Shown one piece after another: positions 63,560 through 64,000 of a stretch of DNA of 64,000 nucleotides; the stretch's first letter is position 1; the number at the start of each line of letters is the position of its first letter. Below the pieces are notes generated by a model that was given only the letters and a program-made list of their open reading frames with translations, ran no database searches and was not told the origin of the DNA. A program made the translations under genes and the position numbers. This DNA comes from Octopus sinensis. Its lineage: Eukaryota. Location: NCBI RefSeq assembly GCF_006345805.1, contig NC_043000.1, positions 21,948,001 through 22,012,000 of the forward strand. Reading direction: 5' to 3'.

Positions 63560-63872
63560 ACAAAGGCAAGAGAAAGGAAACTTTGGCATGAAACTAATGG
63601 ACCAAGTCTTGAAAATGGTTGAGAGTATAAAACATTTGGTAAATTTGGAGAAGATGCAGTTTAGGGCTTGTAATGAGACAACTGCAAAAGAAGCTCAAAG
63701 TCACATTTCCATATTACATAACTTCACTGGAAAAAATCTGCAACACCATTCAAAGATTTATCATGAAAAATTTAATGTAGGGACAGGTGTTGACTAGGGC
63801 TCTGTATTCAGACCCTTACTATTCACTACTCTTCTTGAGGCAATAACAGAAGGGTGTAAAATTGGATGCCCT
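63560..63872 (+). mobile_element. Decayed RTE reverse transcriptase fragment
   Basis: KFNVGTGV*xGSVFRPLLFTTLLEAITEGCKIGCP resembles the RT GVHQGS region. Confidence 0.65.
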
Positions 63873-64000
63873 AATGGGGGTCAGTTGATTAGATCGACCC
63901 CAGTACACAACTAGTGCATAATTTATCAACCCCGAAAGGATGAAAGGCAAAGTCAACAATGGCGGAATTTGAACTTAGAACATAAAGACAGATGAAATAC

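Overview
AT-rich animal genomic DNA, most likely octopus (inferred from the SINE/MITE families and compound TA/TG microsatellites; not database-checked). It holds two convergent multi-exon genes. RAD21 (mitotic cohesin kleisin) is on +, with 11 coding exons from 9682 to 27831 giving about 777 aa, and candidate non-coding first exons near 3.9-4.0 kb and 6.2-6.45 kb. A PYCR1/2-like pyrroline-5-carboxylate reductase is on -, with 5 exons from 58002 down to 32844; I found no first coding (GxGxxG) exon in the window, so it probably lies beyond 64000. Introns are packed with tRNA-derived SINEs, a (GAT)n-tailed retroposon family, RTE, CR1, Gypsy and Penelope-like remnants, piggyBac derivatives and MITEs, hAT-like MITEs and non-autonomous Helitrons. 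The best leads are: a 2.5-kb 24-bp minisatellite that appears to have arisen inside a retroposon and whose unit is stop-free in all six frames; a minimal hammerhead-like motif; a candidate 60-nt poison exon in RAD21; a piggyBac remnant that links a MITE family to its transposase; a possible HDV-like structured RNA; and several closely spaced inverted repeats that could be ADAR substrates. No proven novel system; all leads are hypotheses.
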